Assembly: GCA_964187785.1 (NCBI GenBank)
Contig: OZ076409.1
Coordinates: 81,780,001 to 81,844,000 of the forward strand
Reading direction: 5' to 3'
Length of the DNA stretch: 64,000 bases
From: Amphiscolops sp. MND2022
Lineage: Eukaryota
The translations under genes were made by a program, and so were the position numbers. The notes under the pieces were generated by a model, which saw nothing but the letters and a program-made list of their open reading frames with translations, did no database searches and was not told where the DNA came from. Positions 37,200-50,931 of the stretch are shown here, piece after piece (positions within the stretch are counted from its first letter, which is position 1; every line of letters starts with the position of its first letter).

Positions 37200-38460
37200 C
37201 TAGTTCACCACGTCTAACGATAGTTCGACAAAAATTGAACAAAAACTCTGAAAGTCTAAAAATTTTCGAATTTTTGTCTTTTTCGGTGACAATTCCAGAA
37301 ATTTTTCATTTGCGAAACTGCATTTATCTCTTCTCTAAGCATACTGGACAACACATTTTTCCTTGTTAGCCCTTCTCAACATTCCAATCCACGAAGTCTG
37401 TCACAAATTTGAGGAAGTGCATAAAAACTTAAAAGATGGTAAGTTTTGGGTTTTTTGTCATTTTCAGTGCTAATTTGAGACATATTTCAATTGCAAATCT
37501 GCAATTATCTTTTCAGAAAAGACTACCGGGCAACCAAACGTTTCCTTTGTGTTCTCTTTTAATCATTTCAATCCACGAAGTCTGTCAAAACTTTAGCAAA
37601 AAATGCATAAAAACTTTGAAATTTATAAAATTTAGGTTTCCTGTGGTTTTCGGAGTCCTTTTGAGACATTTTTAATGAAGAAAACTGCAATTATCTCTTC
37701 ATAAGAGACTATTGGACGAAAAAAATTTTCTTGTTGACCGTTTTTAACGTTCCAATTCACCAACTTTTTCGAAAAATTGACAAATTGCATAAAAACTTTG
37801 AAAAATGGATTTTTTTTTGTTTTTTGTCAATTCCGGTGTCAATTTGATATCTTTTCCCTTTAGAAAACAGCTGTTAGACAAAAATGGCATGAAAACGTTA
37901 AAAATCGTGACAATTTTGGTTTTTTGTCATTTTCAATTTCAATTTGAAATCTTTTCCATTTGGAAAACAGCATTTATCTCATCATAGAAGACTATTGGAC
38001 AACGCGTTCGTGCCTCATTGAACGTTTTCAACATTCGAATCTACGGAGACTGTCGAAGTTTTGACCGACATGGATAAAATTTTTAAAATTGGAAGCTTTT
38101 AGGTTTTTTTGTGATTTTCGGTGTCAATTTGAGACATTTTTATACAGAAAACTGCAATTATTTTTTCATGAAAGACTACTGGACAACGAATTCTGACCTT
38201 GATAACCGTTTTCAACATTCGAATCCAAGGAGTCTGTCGAAATTTTGATTGACAGACATGGCATAAAAACTTTGAAAATTGGAAACTTTTAGGTTTTTTT
38301 GTGATTTTCGGTGTCAATTTGAGACACGTTTCATACAGAAAACAGCATTTATCTCTTCATAGAAGACTATTCGACAACGAGTTCGTGCCTTGTTGAACGT
38401 TTTCAACATTCTAATCCACGATATCTATCGAAAAATTGACAAAAACTGCTTTAAAACGTA
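37200..38460. repeat. Degenerate tandem repeat, ~190-bp unit
   Basis: ttttttgtgattttcggtgtcaatttgagaca at ~38105 and ~38296, with further diverged units back to ~37270. Confidence 0.75.
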
Positions 38461-39748
38461 GATTGGAAATTTTTGCAAATTCTATCATTTTTGGGGTCAT
38501 TCTGGGGTCCTTGAGGCCAAGCAAAAAAGTCCAGAAATCTCCTCAAATACATATCGCACGAAGCAAAATTTATGTGAGTTGAGTTCTTTCGGTACCACCC
38601 TCAAAGTTAAATATAAATTTGGTGCTTGGCAAGTTTTGTAAAAAAAACCCGTTTGATTTAAATATTTTCCTTTCCCATATGAAATGCGGGCGGAAAATAC
38701 GAATATCTGCAGAAAACATATCTGTCAGGCCGATGACAAGATCTTATTTTCTCAATATATATAATTTTAAAGATCTAGTATAAAGTCTCTCGAAACAGAT
38801 AATCAATTTCGATCCATAATGAGAGAATTTTCAAACACAGAGAATATAACACATTTTGAAAAGAATGAAGAAAAGTCTGAATTTGCTCAATTATCTTGAA
38901 TTTATACGATTTCCTGAGTACAAAATTTACTCCAATAAAAACAATCGTTTTAACGAGAAGTTACAATACACATGAAACTGTGTTTCTGAGAGAGGCTTGT
39001 ACCTAAAGCACATTTTTTTTACTTTTTTACCCTCTTTAGATGAAAATATCAATCAGGTTAACAATTGTTTCAACATTCAGCCGTCTTAGCGGAAAATAGT
39101 TCTTTGATGCCTGTGCTGGCCTGATTTATGTGGTTGCCATGTCGAAATGTGTTTGAAGTGATTGGTTATCCCTTGTATCCTGACAATGGGTTGGGAATTC
39201 CAAGGATTTAAATCAAAGTACCATCAGTACATGTTTCAAGCATTTACATGTACTTTCTTGTTTCAGCCACGGCAATTGAAGAAAATGCAGCTCAATGACA
39301 GCTAAAAGAAACCAATCCGTGCAAAAATTGCGACATAGAAAGGTAGTAATTTGATTGAAATCGATCGAAATTTTCGATTAATTGGATATTCTTGCTTCAT
39401 TGATCTGCGATATTGTCATGAAAAAACACCTTGTCTTGTTTGGCAGCCCTCGGCTTTTTATAGCATCCCCAGTAGGGCGCTTGAGAAAGAAAATCTACTG
39501 GATTATTTATATCGTCTAGTTACAAATCGATATTTGAATTGGGTTAATTCCATTTAGATGGAAAAACGGATCAAAATGCGGACAAAATGTAGCCAATCAG
39601 AGTTTATTAGGTGGGGGAGGTGAAATGTGTGATGTGGATGATGATAGGTGGAGCAATCAGGAACAGGTAAGCAAGTCTAAACAAGGATAACCAGGGGGGC
39701 GGGGGTTAGTTGTTGCCAGGTGTTGCCGATTACAAAAGAAATGCTTAC

Positions 39749-40000
39749 CAATTAAAAGTATGGAAACAGCGAGAAAAATGCCGAGAATGGACATTCCTCC
39801 TTGAGGCATCATTTCCATGACAACCATCAAGTTGACTGATTGGGCCAAAAACACTGTTATCCCATATCCCACCTTCTCCCCCGAGGAACAAGGAATGGCG
39901 AAGTTGAGCATACACAGCACGTTGATCATCAGACTCGGCATGATGAGGTTGATGACGAAATAAGCTGCTTCTCTGTAGAAGCGCACTTTGTACCGCAGGC
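39749..40000 (-). CDS. Cys-loop ligand-gated ion channel (nAChR-like), M1-M3 exon
   Basis: YFVINLIMPSLMI..FAIPCSSGEKVGYGITVFLAQSV..MMP..ILGIF; tttcag acceptor and gtaagc donor; the GEK motif is typical of cation-selective channels. Confidence 0.92.
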
Positions 40001-41530
40001 CTGAAACCAGTTCAATCACTATGGCAAAGTTCTCTTAAATAACGTGGAGGAGATGGAACATAAAAAGACCTGATTAAACTTGAACGAAATTCGAGAAGCT
40101 CATTTCGGCATCTCGAAAGTCATTTAAGAATAAAACATTGAAAACAGAGTTTTTCAGCAGATTTCACCTTAAAAAATTTTATCTGCCCGTATGACTCAAA
40201 CTTACAAAATTTTAAACAATGTTTTTAGGCATATTGTCGAACGCTTTTTTGGTGAGAGAATATCAGTTTTTTTCCAGAAAATGGAGCCTATTCTGTTTTT
40301 GTATCAATATCTCCTATTTTCATATTGAACAAGATTATATCTTTTTAAAGGCGATTTTTGATGATGGTTTCTGTGCTTTGACAAAACACTTAACGTTTTC
40401 GTAGCAATGTTATCAAAAAACTTCCGTTACGGATTCATAAAATAAATGAACTGAAATTTAAAAGTATTGCGAAACATTTATCCATAAGTATGTTATTCTG
40501 CATATGTGCTTGTAATTTGTGCTCAGAACAGTATGTATATGGAAAACTTTCCAAGAAACATCCATGAAACATAAGTGTAGAGCCATGTACAGCCATTTTG
40601 AATATCTTTGAGCAAGAATATTTGGAACTTCTGAGAAGCGGGTGATAAAAACGTGCTTGAACTGATCACTTTTGATTGTCCCAATGCTCAGTTTGATAAG
40701 TTGGGTAATTCAATCAATCAATATAGTATTTCCATGTGATATATCTGTCTTGCTGGAGATAAATTTTATCTAAATTACTTCGCTCAATTTTATACTACCC
40801 AAAAATGAACTGCATGATTTTTATTAAATTTTACCCGGTAGTTTTAGGGTCGTTGCTAGAAAGTGAAATTTATGGAAACGCGCATTTCAAAAGCTGGGCA
40901 TTCAAACAAAGGCAGATTAAACAAAACTCCATGAGCTGCTTGCTCAAGTTGAGAAGTTTATTGGAAGAGGGCAATAATACTGTTTGCAAGATTGGATAAT
41001 TCTGGTATGGGGGAACACTATAGCAATATTTGACCTCCTCCCACAAATGGTACGTAAAAGTTCAACAAAATTGGTGAGAAGTGACCTGTCTTGATATCTG
41101 ATTAGATTGTCAAATGGAAATCGGAAGGCGTTTCGTAGTCAAAAATTTCGTGGTAGTTATTAAAAGAAACACAACAGCATAGAAGATATCAATTTAATTA
41201 TCAATTATTGATTATTGAATTCAGATCTTAGAAACAAGTTTCAAATTACCACTTCCTATAAATACCAACATCGAGGCAAAACGTTGCATTCAACTAACAA
41301 TGATTACTGTGACAAATAGTACTGCGAGAACCAAGAAGAACGGATGACACGAAAATCTGTTTCTTCAAAAACGTAAAATTTCTCAACAAAACACTGAAAA
41401 TTTTTCATTTTTTCTGTTAATTTTTTAGAGTGAAGAACTTGAAGTAAAAAATATAGATCGTTTCAAAACGTTTGCGACACTAGGTACCACTCTTTTAATT
41501 AGCGATGCTATCATATCCATTTCTGCAACC

Positions 41531-41960
41531 ATGCGAGGCAAACGCACATTTGACGACCTTGCAAAATCGATATACCGTTTCAAAGATGCAAACCCGGATT
41601 ATGCAAACTCAGCAATTGATCGGATTTTCACGATTTCCGAGTCAACACTTAGATGAATCCTGAAGCGACGTATTGGGCAGAAAAAAGTCAAATTGGGTCA
41701 AGAATCTGTACTCACAAGAAGAATCAAGCGTCAGCTTCTGGGCCGCGTTAATCGAAACTTAAAACTCCGGCTTTCTGACATTCTGCTTACAGACAGACGA
41801 CTTGTCTCCAATGCCACGGCACACCGTTTTTTGAAAAATCGCGACATTCGAAATCGTGTTGCTCTACAAGACGTTCTTACGAATGCTCAAAAAGGAGAGT
41901 TAACTGGTGCCGTCGACATTTATTTTTTGACTTCACAAAAGGTATTTTCAGCGACGATTA
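41531..41960 (+). pseudogene. Tc1/mariner transposase remnant
   Basis: HTH-like ISESTLR*IL, LTRRIKRQL, VSNATAHRFLK, RVNWCRRH..IFSD; contains a stop and a frameshift. Confidence 0.7.
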
Positions 41961-42609
41961 ATTAGTTCTAGTCTCGCTAACTTTTTGAAACGATCTATAT
42001 CTGTAATTGAGGATGGTTCCAACAATCAGCCGTTTCCTACTGTCCGATGTACACGAAATGCATGTGGTTCTGCATGACTGACAAGCGAAGAAATGAAACT
42101 TAGAAGTTTTTGACATCTTGTTGACAAATTTTGACGCTGTTGAAAGATTCGATTCGACTACGATTCTCAATAGGCAAGCTAAACTGCAACAAAGTATTCA
42201 AGACCATAATTACCAAAAAAAAGAAAATTCTCGCGACAAAATTTCTAACGACGACGTTTCTACCCACGAAATTTCTGCCTCCCTATTTTCATTTAGCAAA
42301 ATAATCTGTATGTACTAACAGTGGGTTCGAGCGACATGAAGGTTTTTCATTATATATACGTATTTAGATCAGATTTAATTCCAATTGTTGTCTGAGTTTT
42401 TGTTTTATGCCTCGGAAGCAATTGTCGCAGATGTCATTGCAATTGTGTCCTTTTATTCAAAGCTTTCTTCAAAGGTACCATTTTACAACGTATTATCAGA
42501 CTTTTTCAAAACCAATTTGATCTTGTCCAATGGTAGAAGAAGAAAAAAGTTTAATTCCCCAATTCCCCAGCGTGGATGCTGAGAAAGCAGTTCTTCTTTT
42601 GTATGTCGG

Positions 42610-42935
42610 CGCCCTTTCACATACCATCTCTATGGCGGCGCCCTTTCTCCCTATAGCAATCTATGATACCATATTTGCAACCAAGTTGTCAAGCAATGGT
42701 CGGCTTGAAGCTGTGGTTACAGAGTGACCTGCTCAAGGTCACAAAAGTTTGACTGCTGACCGTTGCTCCTTTGTTCTTTCTTTTTTCGATCAAATGCGTT
42801 ATTTTTTGTCATTGACCATACCACTAAGCTAGGGATGAAGCACTTGCTTAAGGCCCAACAATTGTGAGTTGAGAGAGATTCGAATCTGATACCTCCCCAG
42901 TACAGACCGGATGCTTTAACCACTGCACCGTGCTC
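42610..42935 (-). mobile_element. tRNA-derived SINE-like repeat
   Basis: A-box-like GGTGCAGTGG and B-box-like GATTCGAATC at the head; body related to 49820-49945. Confidence 0.5.
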
Positions 42936-43855
42936 CTACTTTAGGTAGTTCCAGTAAAAACTTGTCTTTTTTTGTCTTTTGTCTAATTAAAAAAAATAGA
43001 AAATTGGAAAATAATATCATCAACATATCTCGCAAGAATACATACTGATCCGATGTCGATACGGAAAGTTCAAATGACGTGATCGTCGGGTCCATCGTCA
43101 GCTTATACTGCGAGGGCCAATACTATACGGCAAAAATTGTGAGAGATAGTACCCGTTTTATTATGGTCAGACATCATAGTTTTACAACGATCATATGTAA
43201 ACAATTTGAAGGTCGAATCTTGACTATGAAATGTTTTTGTTCATATCCGTTATCAGAAAACATTCAAATGTTTGTCAATTTTCATCCAAAAACTGATTTT
43301 GAGTAGTGTTTACTGAAAGTCGATGCAGCATTTGCCAGATTCTCAGAGGAGCACGCATACCTTGCGAGGTGTCAAAACGAAATTTAGCAAGAAAAACGAA
43401 ACTTACAAGACATCACGTTTACTTTTTTAGTTGGCTGAAACATCGTCTGCAAACTGAAAGCATCAAAAAAGACCTGAATGCATCCCTGAATGAGTTTTAC
43501 ATCTAGTGGTACTGACTCTGTTCAAAATTAGAGCAAATAATTACTCAAAAACTATCGCAGCGTTGAAAAAGAAACAGAACAGGAGTCCTTTGGACTTCTC
43601 TTCCGTTTCAAGTTCAAAAATTGTTTGATCCGACACGGGATTCGAACTATTGCTTCCCAACGCCTAAAGTGCATAGACACCCGGAAACCACTACACCAAG
43701 TGACAAGTAGTTTCCAACAGAGAAGATTTCAGAGACTGTTGGAGAAGATTTAAAAAATCAATTTCTCAAAATCTAAGATTTTTTATTGTAATATGAAAAC
43801 GAGAAATAACAAAAATTTATAAAAATATGTTGAAGTCAGTGATGCGGCAGCTACA

Positions 43856-44406
43856 CCCTAGCCGAGATTGCCTGAACTTTTTACATGCTGCATGGAAAAA
43901 TGCAGGCTAATTTTTTATATAAAACATGGAAAATTCCGGGACCGTGCATGGAAACATTTTGTAGGATTACAAAGCAGCCTTCACTATTTGAATTAAAACT
44001 GAAAACAATTTCACTTCTTCGCCGCAGCGATCACTTTGCTTTCACGTGCAAGTTTCTCAAGTAAATACCTTATGTAATCACCGTAAGCCAAATAGCACGC
44101 TGAATATGACGCTACTTTGAAACTTATAATGTGACTGAAATTTGTTTGCATTGAAAGCGCGGTAAAATCGATCAAGGTCTCAGCTGCTTTTAAAATTAGA
44201 ACGGCGTCTTAATGAAACCTGAAAAACGTCGCGGCGCAGAATTGCCGCCAAATTTAGAATGCATTTTATAGGCAGCTTGATAAAATTAAATCGAATCAGT
44301 GAAGATTTAATGCATGGACATTTCTTTGAGAATTTTATAAAATCATGGAAAATTAGCTTGGTAACCTACAAAAACATGTAAAAAGTGCAAGCAGTTCCAA
44401 CCAGGG
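43856..44406. mobile_element. CCC..GGG non-autonomous DNA element
   Basis: CCCTAG/CCAGGG termini, 2-bp CA duplication, internal CATGGAAAA repeats. Confidence 0.4.
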
Positions 44407-44705
44407 CATGTAAACATTTTATTCAGCTTGTCCATTTTTTGAGTTTTCACTGACATTTACCTGCTGAGAATTCAGGACTGTGGCGTTGTCTTGCTAAGTT
44501 TTCGCTAAATGACAATTCTGACTTTTGTTGAGAAAGTTTTGCTAGAAGTATTTGTGAATCAAATATAATGAATTGCGTAGCGTGGGTTTTTTCCTCACAT
44601 CTTAGCCTCAATGAAAAAAGTTTTTTCTCTTATATTGAGTTTTATTGATTCGGCCGGCAATTTGTTTTCTTCCGATATTTTCTCAAGTTTCGCAATTCAA
44701 GCTAA

Positions 44706-44842
44706 ACGGTTTTAGCCTCAAACCTTGTAAAAATTCTTTTTCTCGCTCTGTCCTGCCATGCATGTCAGCTATAGTATAGCTGACATGCATGGTAGGACAG
44801 AGCGAGAAAAAGAATTTTTACAAGGTTTGAGGCTAAAACCGT
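44706..44842. repeat. Near-perfect 137-bp palindrome
   Basis: 68-bp arms with one mismatch, centred on ctataGtatag. Confidence 0.95.
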
Positions 44843-44929
44843 AAAACTAGTAGATTTCTTCGGATAGGGTTCATATTTCCTCGGTCCGCCTAAACTTTTG
44901 TGTATTCAAGATACGACCTCATGCTTAAC

Positions 44930-45372
44930 AAAACTCTAGTTTGTTGCAGAATATGAAAAAATTGAAGGGGTAACCCTTTGGAGACTTTAAAAAAAATTGT
45001 AGAAAAAATCAAAAAATGAGATTTTTGACCAGTGTCACAGTGCCGAAAAATGTAAAAGGTCGGACCCTTTGGGATTTTTTAACATCCATTCTGTTGCAAA
45101 ATATCAAAACAAATGAAGGGGGACCCTTTGGTGCAATCGAAAAATTTTCAAAAAAGCCGAAAAAAATTTTGAGTGAAAAACACCAAGATAGCCAAAGGGG
45201 GATCCTTAGTATGTTTGATGTTTTCGTGGTTCTGGACGTCGGTTTTGTTTCTTTGTGTTTTGGACGAGGCTCTGAGGTTGTTGAACAAATGATTAAAAAA
45301 GTAGAACTTACGCGTCTAAAAAAACTACACACTGTAAGAGTCGGGCACTTTTTTTCAAAAGCGCCGACTAAA
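44930..45372 (-). mobile_element. HINE-like element
   Basis: Ends actgtaagagtcgggcactt..aaaagcgccgactaa, like the copy at 2350-2388. Confidence 0.55.
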
Positions 45373-48300
45373 AACGCTTTCTAAAAAGTAGTGTCTCAGA
45401 TATTAGTTATGTAGTATTCTTTCATCCTAATTATTTTCCCTGCAGTGTAATCCTTCATACCAGATGATCCCTGAATTTTTAGGTATAATAAAAAAACTAT
45501 TTTCTACGCAGGCCTGCAACATGTGAAAAGCTCCCACAGGGTCCGATTAATTGTATACTTCAGAACAATTCATGTGGCGTTCAGTCATAAAGTCACTACC
45601 TCAAATCTATTCCAATTTTTGACGTTTTTATCAACAAAATTTTCCTTATTCAATGTTTTCTTTTCTGTGCGTGAAATGTGGGTCAAAAACACCCTATTTA
45701 TCAATATTTGGGCTACTCGCCATTTAAAAAACATTCCAGTATTTCCTAAAGAGATTTCTATACACAGATTACCGTTAGGTTTTAACAATATACATGAACG
45801 TAATCGATATACATGATAAATTGACAAAAAATATCTTCAGCAATGGCAAAGTTGCTTTCTCTCGCTACAGGCCAAGTCTCTGTTTTAATTTATCTATAGA
45901 TTGTTTTACTCGAAAACTGATACCATTTCTTTAAAAGGTAACTCCACGTATTTAGCTGAGCTAATGTAATCATTACTTGTCAATTCAGTCTTGGCCAGCT
46001 TAAATTCAAGCTTCCATTAACCTAAACTCTGGCCAAAATTTGCATCATTATTCCTTTTTCAGAATCAAAAGCCCGCTTCTTTGAACCAAGGCTAAGTAGC
46101 TGACGAACTAAGTTAATAATGCCAGAATGGTCTGGGCATCAAATTTTCAATTTACTGAAAAGTGCTTTTTGGAGGAAAGAGAGAGACTGTTTCATTGACG
46201 GCATATTTTTTGGCTTGAAGTTGCGTAAAACTGCGTTGGAATATACTAGATAATCCGTCAATTACACAGTTGATTACTTTTTGAATTTCATTGACAGTCA
46301 AATGGAACACAAAGACATCGTTGGTCTAAATGAAGGGGTATGAATTAGACATTGTGCGACAACTGAGGGTAAAATAATTGAAACTGCTGAATTCGGAGCG
46401 ATCGACCAACAAATTTCACTCTCACTTTTCTGCTACAGTTCATTTGCGACGTCATCAAATGACAGACATATCTCTGAAGTAGTTCTGAACGCTGGAGGTT
46501 GTTTGAAAACAACAAATCCTTAATTTTGTTCAATTTGTGTTTTTTGAATAATTTCGTTGATTGTACCTGGCGAATTGAAAAAATTTTAGACAACTGTCGT
46601 TCATTTACATGTACGGCTGCCGCATAGATGAATTTCAGTACAAATATGACCGACTGTTTTGGTATTGAATGCAGACAAAAATGCTCTGAAAATGTCATTC
46701 ATAAAACGGGATAATGAACGGAGATAATGTAAGAAAAAAACTGTTGTCATACTTCTAACCAACATTAGCATTCCTGTCAAATTCCCAGAAAAATCTCTTA
46801 GCCATAAGTTTTGATTTTTCTCTTGCAACTGTCGAAATTATTGAATTTTCAACATCGCAAATGTTTGAAAACACCTTACCTGTGAGAAATTAGAGATTAT
46901 TTACTAAAGCATGAAAATGCCTGAAGATGCATGAAAATGTTGAAAATGCATAAAAATTGTAAAATATTAGCATGAAGGCACTATTTCCATCATGAAACAG
47001 GATTTTCACTTTTTTCCACTGAAGCACGACGAGAAACAGAAAAAAAGGAAAAACCACTCGATAAAAATGGAGAAAAGATGCATGCAATTTCTGAAAAAGT
47101 TTTGACAGTTTACTTATATTCAAACTTCTGCAGATCGAGTTAAAAACGCGGGGAAGCAATACCATGGTATTTTAAATCGATCGTTTCGCACTTGAGAAAA
47201 GAACATTCATGCACATGCATGAATGAGCACAATGGCTGCTATCCTCTTTTGGCGAAAGTTCCGCATTGGGAAAATGAATGTGAAAAACAGTTGTTCCTAC
47301 GTGCAAGAAAGCGTGCTTGCCGATCTATATTCGTACTCCAAACTATTAACAATAGTCAATTTTTTACTCTTTTCCTACAATCAGAGGATCTATGAACGTC
47401 ATTTTGAAGACGATCATCATGAAAAAATGTTTTTTTTAGCATCAAAATTTATAAAACATTCGTGAACCGGTCTTTCTCGGAATTCCTCAACATCATATTT
47501 CGATACTTTTTTCCAATATACTGATTTAGGGTGTTAACTTTTCTATGTAATTACATAATTTAGAGGTTATGTAAGTTGTTTCGACTGAAAATGGATTCGG
47601 TTCAATCGGTTTCAATCGGTTCAATCAGATGACCGAAAAGCAAGATCAGGTCAATCAAATGGTGCAAATTATCTGCAAAAAGCCCTGATTAAAAATCAAT
47701 ATTGCAAGATGTTTGTTTGATGAATGATCAAAGTAAACACGACTCCGTTTCCTGGGAATTAGGAATTTAAGTTCGTAAATCAGTCGATAGATTCTCCCTA
47801 TAATGCTTTTTTTTCGATCAGAAACGATTCAATCTCGGGTTCACTAGTTATGTCAAATATATCACAGGATCACAGGAAAAGCTGGTCTTTTATTATTCTG
47901 GTTCCAGATAAATGCAAGCTGACAGTCTTCACTGAAAAACATAATTTTGTTGAAAAAGTATTTTCAATTCAGTCTGAATAGGAAAGTATTCCTGTTATAA
48001 AATGGATAAGTTTATAAACAGTAGAGCATGAATAATTGTTTTGAAGATCAAAACGCGTTGACAAACCATGTGCTTCCATGCATGGTCAATGCATGTTCCA
48101 CGTGAATTCCATGCATGGTCTCTATACATGGCCATGATGTTTTTGCATGGAATCGCAAGAAAAAGTGTAAAATTTCCATTATAAAAAAATCTTTGAAAAA
48201 ATCGGAAAATTTCAAAACTGTTTGTGGAAGATTTTGAAGCCTGTGAAAAATTGCAGCTTCTAGCTACAACTAAGAAGTCCCTTCTGAGAACTTTCTGTCG

Positions 48301-49025
48301 TAACTTGTATCTTGCACGAGTTCCTTACCACCATGGTACCAATACTTGCATTACCGCCAAAAATGCGAAACACTTTATCTTAAGTGAAGTCGGTATTGAA
48401 TAATTCTTCAACCGGAAATGAAGGAATTGCTCAAGCTAGCTAAGATTCGCCACACGCGCCAATAAATATAAGCTCTAACTTGCCTGAGGTCAACAATGCC
48501 CAAAATATGCATCATAATTTCTAAACAACACCTCTCAGAAGCTTGAATAGGAAATTTTAATAACCGGTTATGAATTTTAATCTAAGCGCGGTTGAACTAG
48601 AGTTGAACCTCCAGTAGCGAAACAAAGTTCAAATTATTGATATTGCGCGTCTTTTTTGCAGGTGGCAGGATTTCGGTCAGTCAATAAATGGTACCTATCT
48701 CAAATTTGCAGCACCTAAAATCGATGTTTCCTTTTATATCTTTTCTAGCCTGCAAACCATAATATCCTTTCGGCCTTTTTGCTGAGCGCAAAAGAAATAA
48801 ACTACCATCCAAATCAATTGCCATTAGAGGTGAAGATGAATTTTTGGATCGTATTCATTAGTTGCTGGTAAATCTAGCTATCGATTTATTGCAACTTTTG
48901 CAAATAAACTATGTCCTGTTTGACAATTCAGGTCTTATTTGATCCACAATACATTGAAAGCAAATATTTTCTTCTTTTGCGACTAGAGTCTCCAAAATAC
49001 GTTCTTCAAGACCGTTGACCCGAAG

Positions 49026-49510
49026 GGTATAGCGACAACTCATATCAAGCGACAACTCATATCAACCGATAAGTCATATCAATTAGGAAAAAGTGACAAC
49101 TCATATCAGTTTTGTCTATAGGTTACAAATACCTAAATTGTGATAATATCTAATTGTAATAATATATAATTAACTACAATTAGACATTGGGAATTATTTT
49201 TCAATTTATGCGCTACATTCAAGATTACTTTCTCTGCAACCCTTTTGGATGAAGGTGTGATAAAGGATCATATACACGACACTGATATTTTCCATAGAAT
49301 CTTGTTACTGTTTCATTATTTCTAGTAATTATTCATCAATTGACTAATTTTCACTGAATTTCTAATTAATTATCAGATTAAATTTTCCTACGTAGATTTT
49401 GATTTTCTGATTGATATGAGTTGTCGCTTGAAATGAGTTGTCGCTTTTTGAAATTGATATTAGTTGTCGCCTGATATGAGTTGTGGCTTGATATGAGTTG
49501 TCGCCGTACG
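49026..49510. mobile_element. Foldback MITE with GCGACAACTCATATCAA subterminal repeats
   Basis: Inverted arrays of a 17-bp unit at both ends; 9-bp TSD GACCCGAAG (49017-49025, 49511-49519). Confidence 0.85.
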
Positions 49511-49602
49511 GACCCGAAGTACGTTTTGAATTTTAACCATTGCTTTTTATACGTATAAAAAGCAATGGTTAAAATTCAAAACGTATTTCGGGTCAACGGT
49601 CT
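49511..49602. repeat. ~100-bp palindrome interrupted by the MITE
   Basis: Centre tatacgtata; the left arm is completed by aagaccgtt at 49008-49016. Confidence 0.9.
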
Positions 49603-50931
49603 TTCTGTACAGTAATCAAGAAAATCAAAACTCATCATGTAGAAGATCTTTTTCGAGCTTGAAAACTTGGAGCTATAAAAGCTGGATTCGAACCACAAGA
49701 GATGTGGGATTGTTACTTGGAACAGTTATGAGACTTTATCAAAAAGCTGAAAGGTTGAAGAACGAAAGAAAGTTAAAGTCCCGGGGTGAACGCCGAATAA
49801 GCAGTTCTGCTTTTCTAAGTCAGCGCCCTTTCGAATACTATCTCCCCATACCAAGCTTTGGTATCATATCTGCACACAAATGGTCAAGCAACAGTGCACT
49901 TGAAGCTGTTGTTTCCAATGACTTGTTCAAGGTCACAAAAGTCTGGCCTTTCACAGAGGCGAAGTTTTTCGGTTGTTATCGATGATCGTTCTGTTTACTT
50001 TATAAACTGACATAAACGTGAATCTTCTCTAGAAGGCCAAGATTCAGTTTTCACCAATAATGGAATTGTCGCATGCAATCGATAGTAATGTCATTAGAAA
50101 TCCGAGATAATGGAAAAAAATTCAGAGAACGAAAAATAATGGCCAAAATGGGTTTAATGCAATTCTATATATGGTATGCCTACTAGAACAACACAGTTAA
50201 CAGAATATTCGACTATTGTTAGCCAGCGCATTTTAATAAAATGAGCCCGACTATTACAGTGGCAATTTGTTTCGTCAGATAACAGAATGTATGCGTAGTG
50301 GACACTTTTTCTACAGAACTACTAAACTACTGGACCGGCAAGCGGAAACGTATCTAAGTTAGTGCAAAGGGTACCCTTTTCGTGTACTCAATTTTTAACG
50401 TAAGATACAAAACCGGACGGGACTACAGGGTCCCACCTTTGAATTTTTTTGGTACTGTGCGACTTTTTTTCGAAATTTTTTTGTCGCCAAAGGGCCCCCC
50501 TTCAAGTTTTTTGTTATTTTGCAGCAAACTGAAGCTTCAAAAAGTCGAAGGGGTACCCCCCTTTAACAATTTTAAAAACTTTGCGCTTTTTGAGCCTTAG
50601 ATACAGGCTTGGCATATATTGTGTGGCAATATTAATTGTCATTTCCGACGAATACAATAAATAGTTCCCCTAAATTGAAATTTTACAATAAATTACTGCC
50701 AATTTTAACAATAAGTGCAATATCTCAAGAAAATAGAAAACCATTTTCAATTCAGTTTTCATTATTAATAACATCGGTAACAGTTTTACAGTTCCTGTAT
50801 TTTTTATTACAACGCAAAAATAATGTTTCTTCAAAATTAAAAGGATCCATTTTCCTTCGGTTGTCTTTAAACACATTGCCTGCAACACTGGACAACCTTT
50901 CTATATGCCCCTAAATTTAGTGGAAATTATT

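Noticed and set aside
44461..44560. Possible upstream nAChR exon (minus, phase-1 donor)
   Set aside because: The translation has no resemblance to a Cys-loop extracellular domain.
45009..47465. Short AT-rich ORFs
   Set aside because: Low-complexity translations of repeats, with no motifs or splice support.
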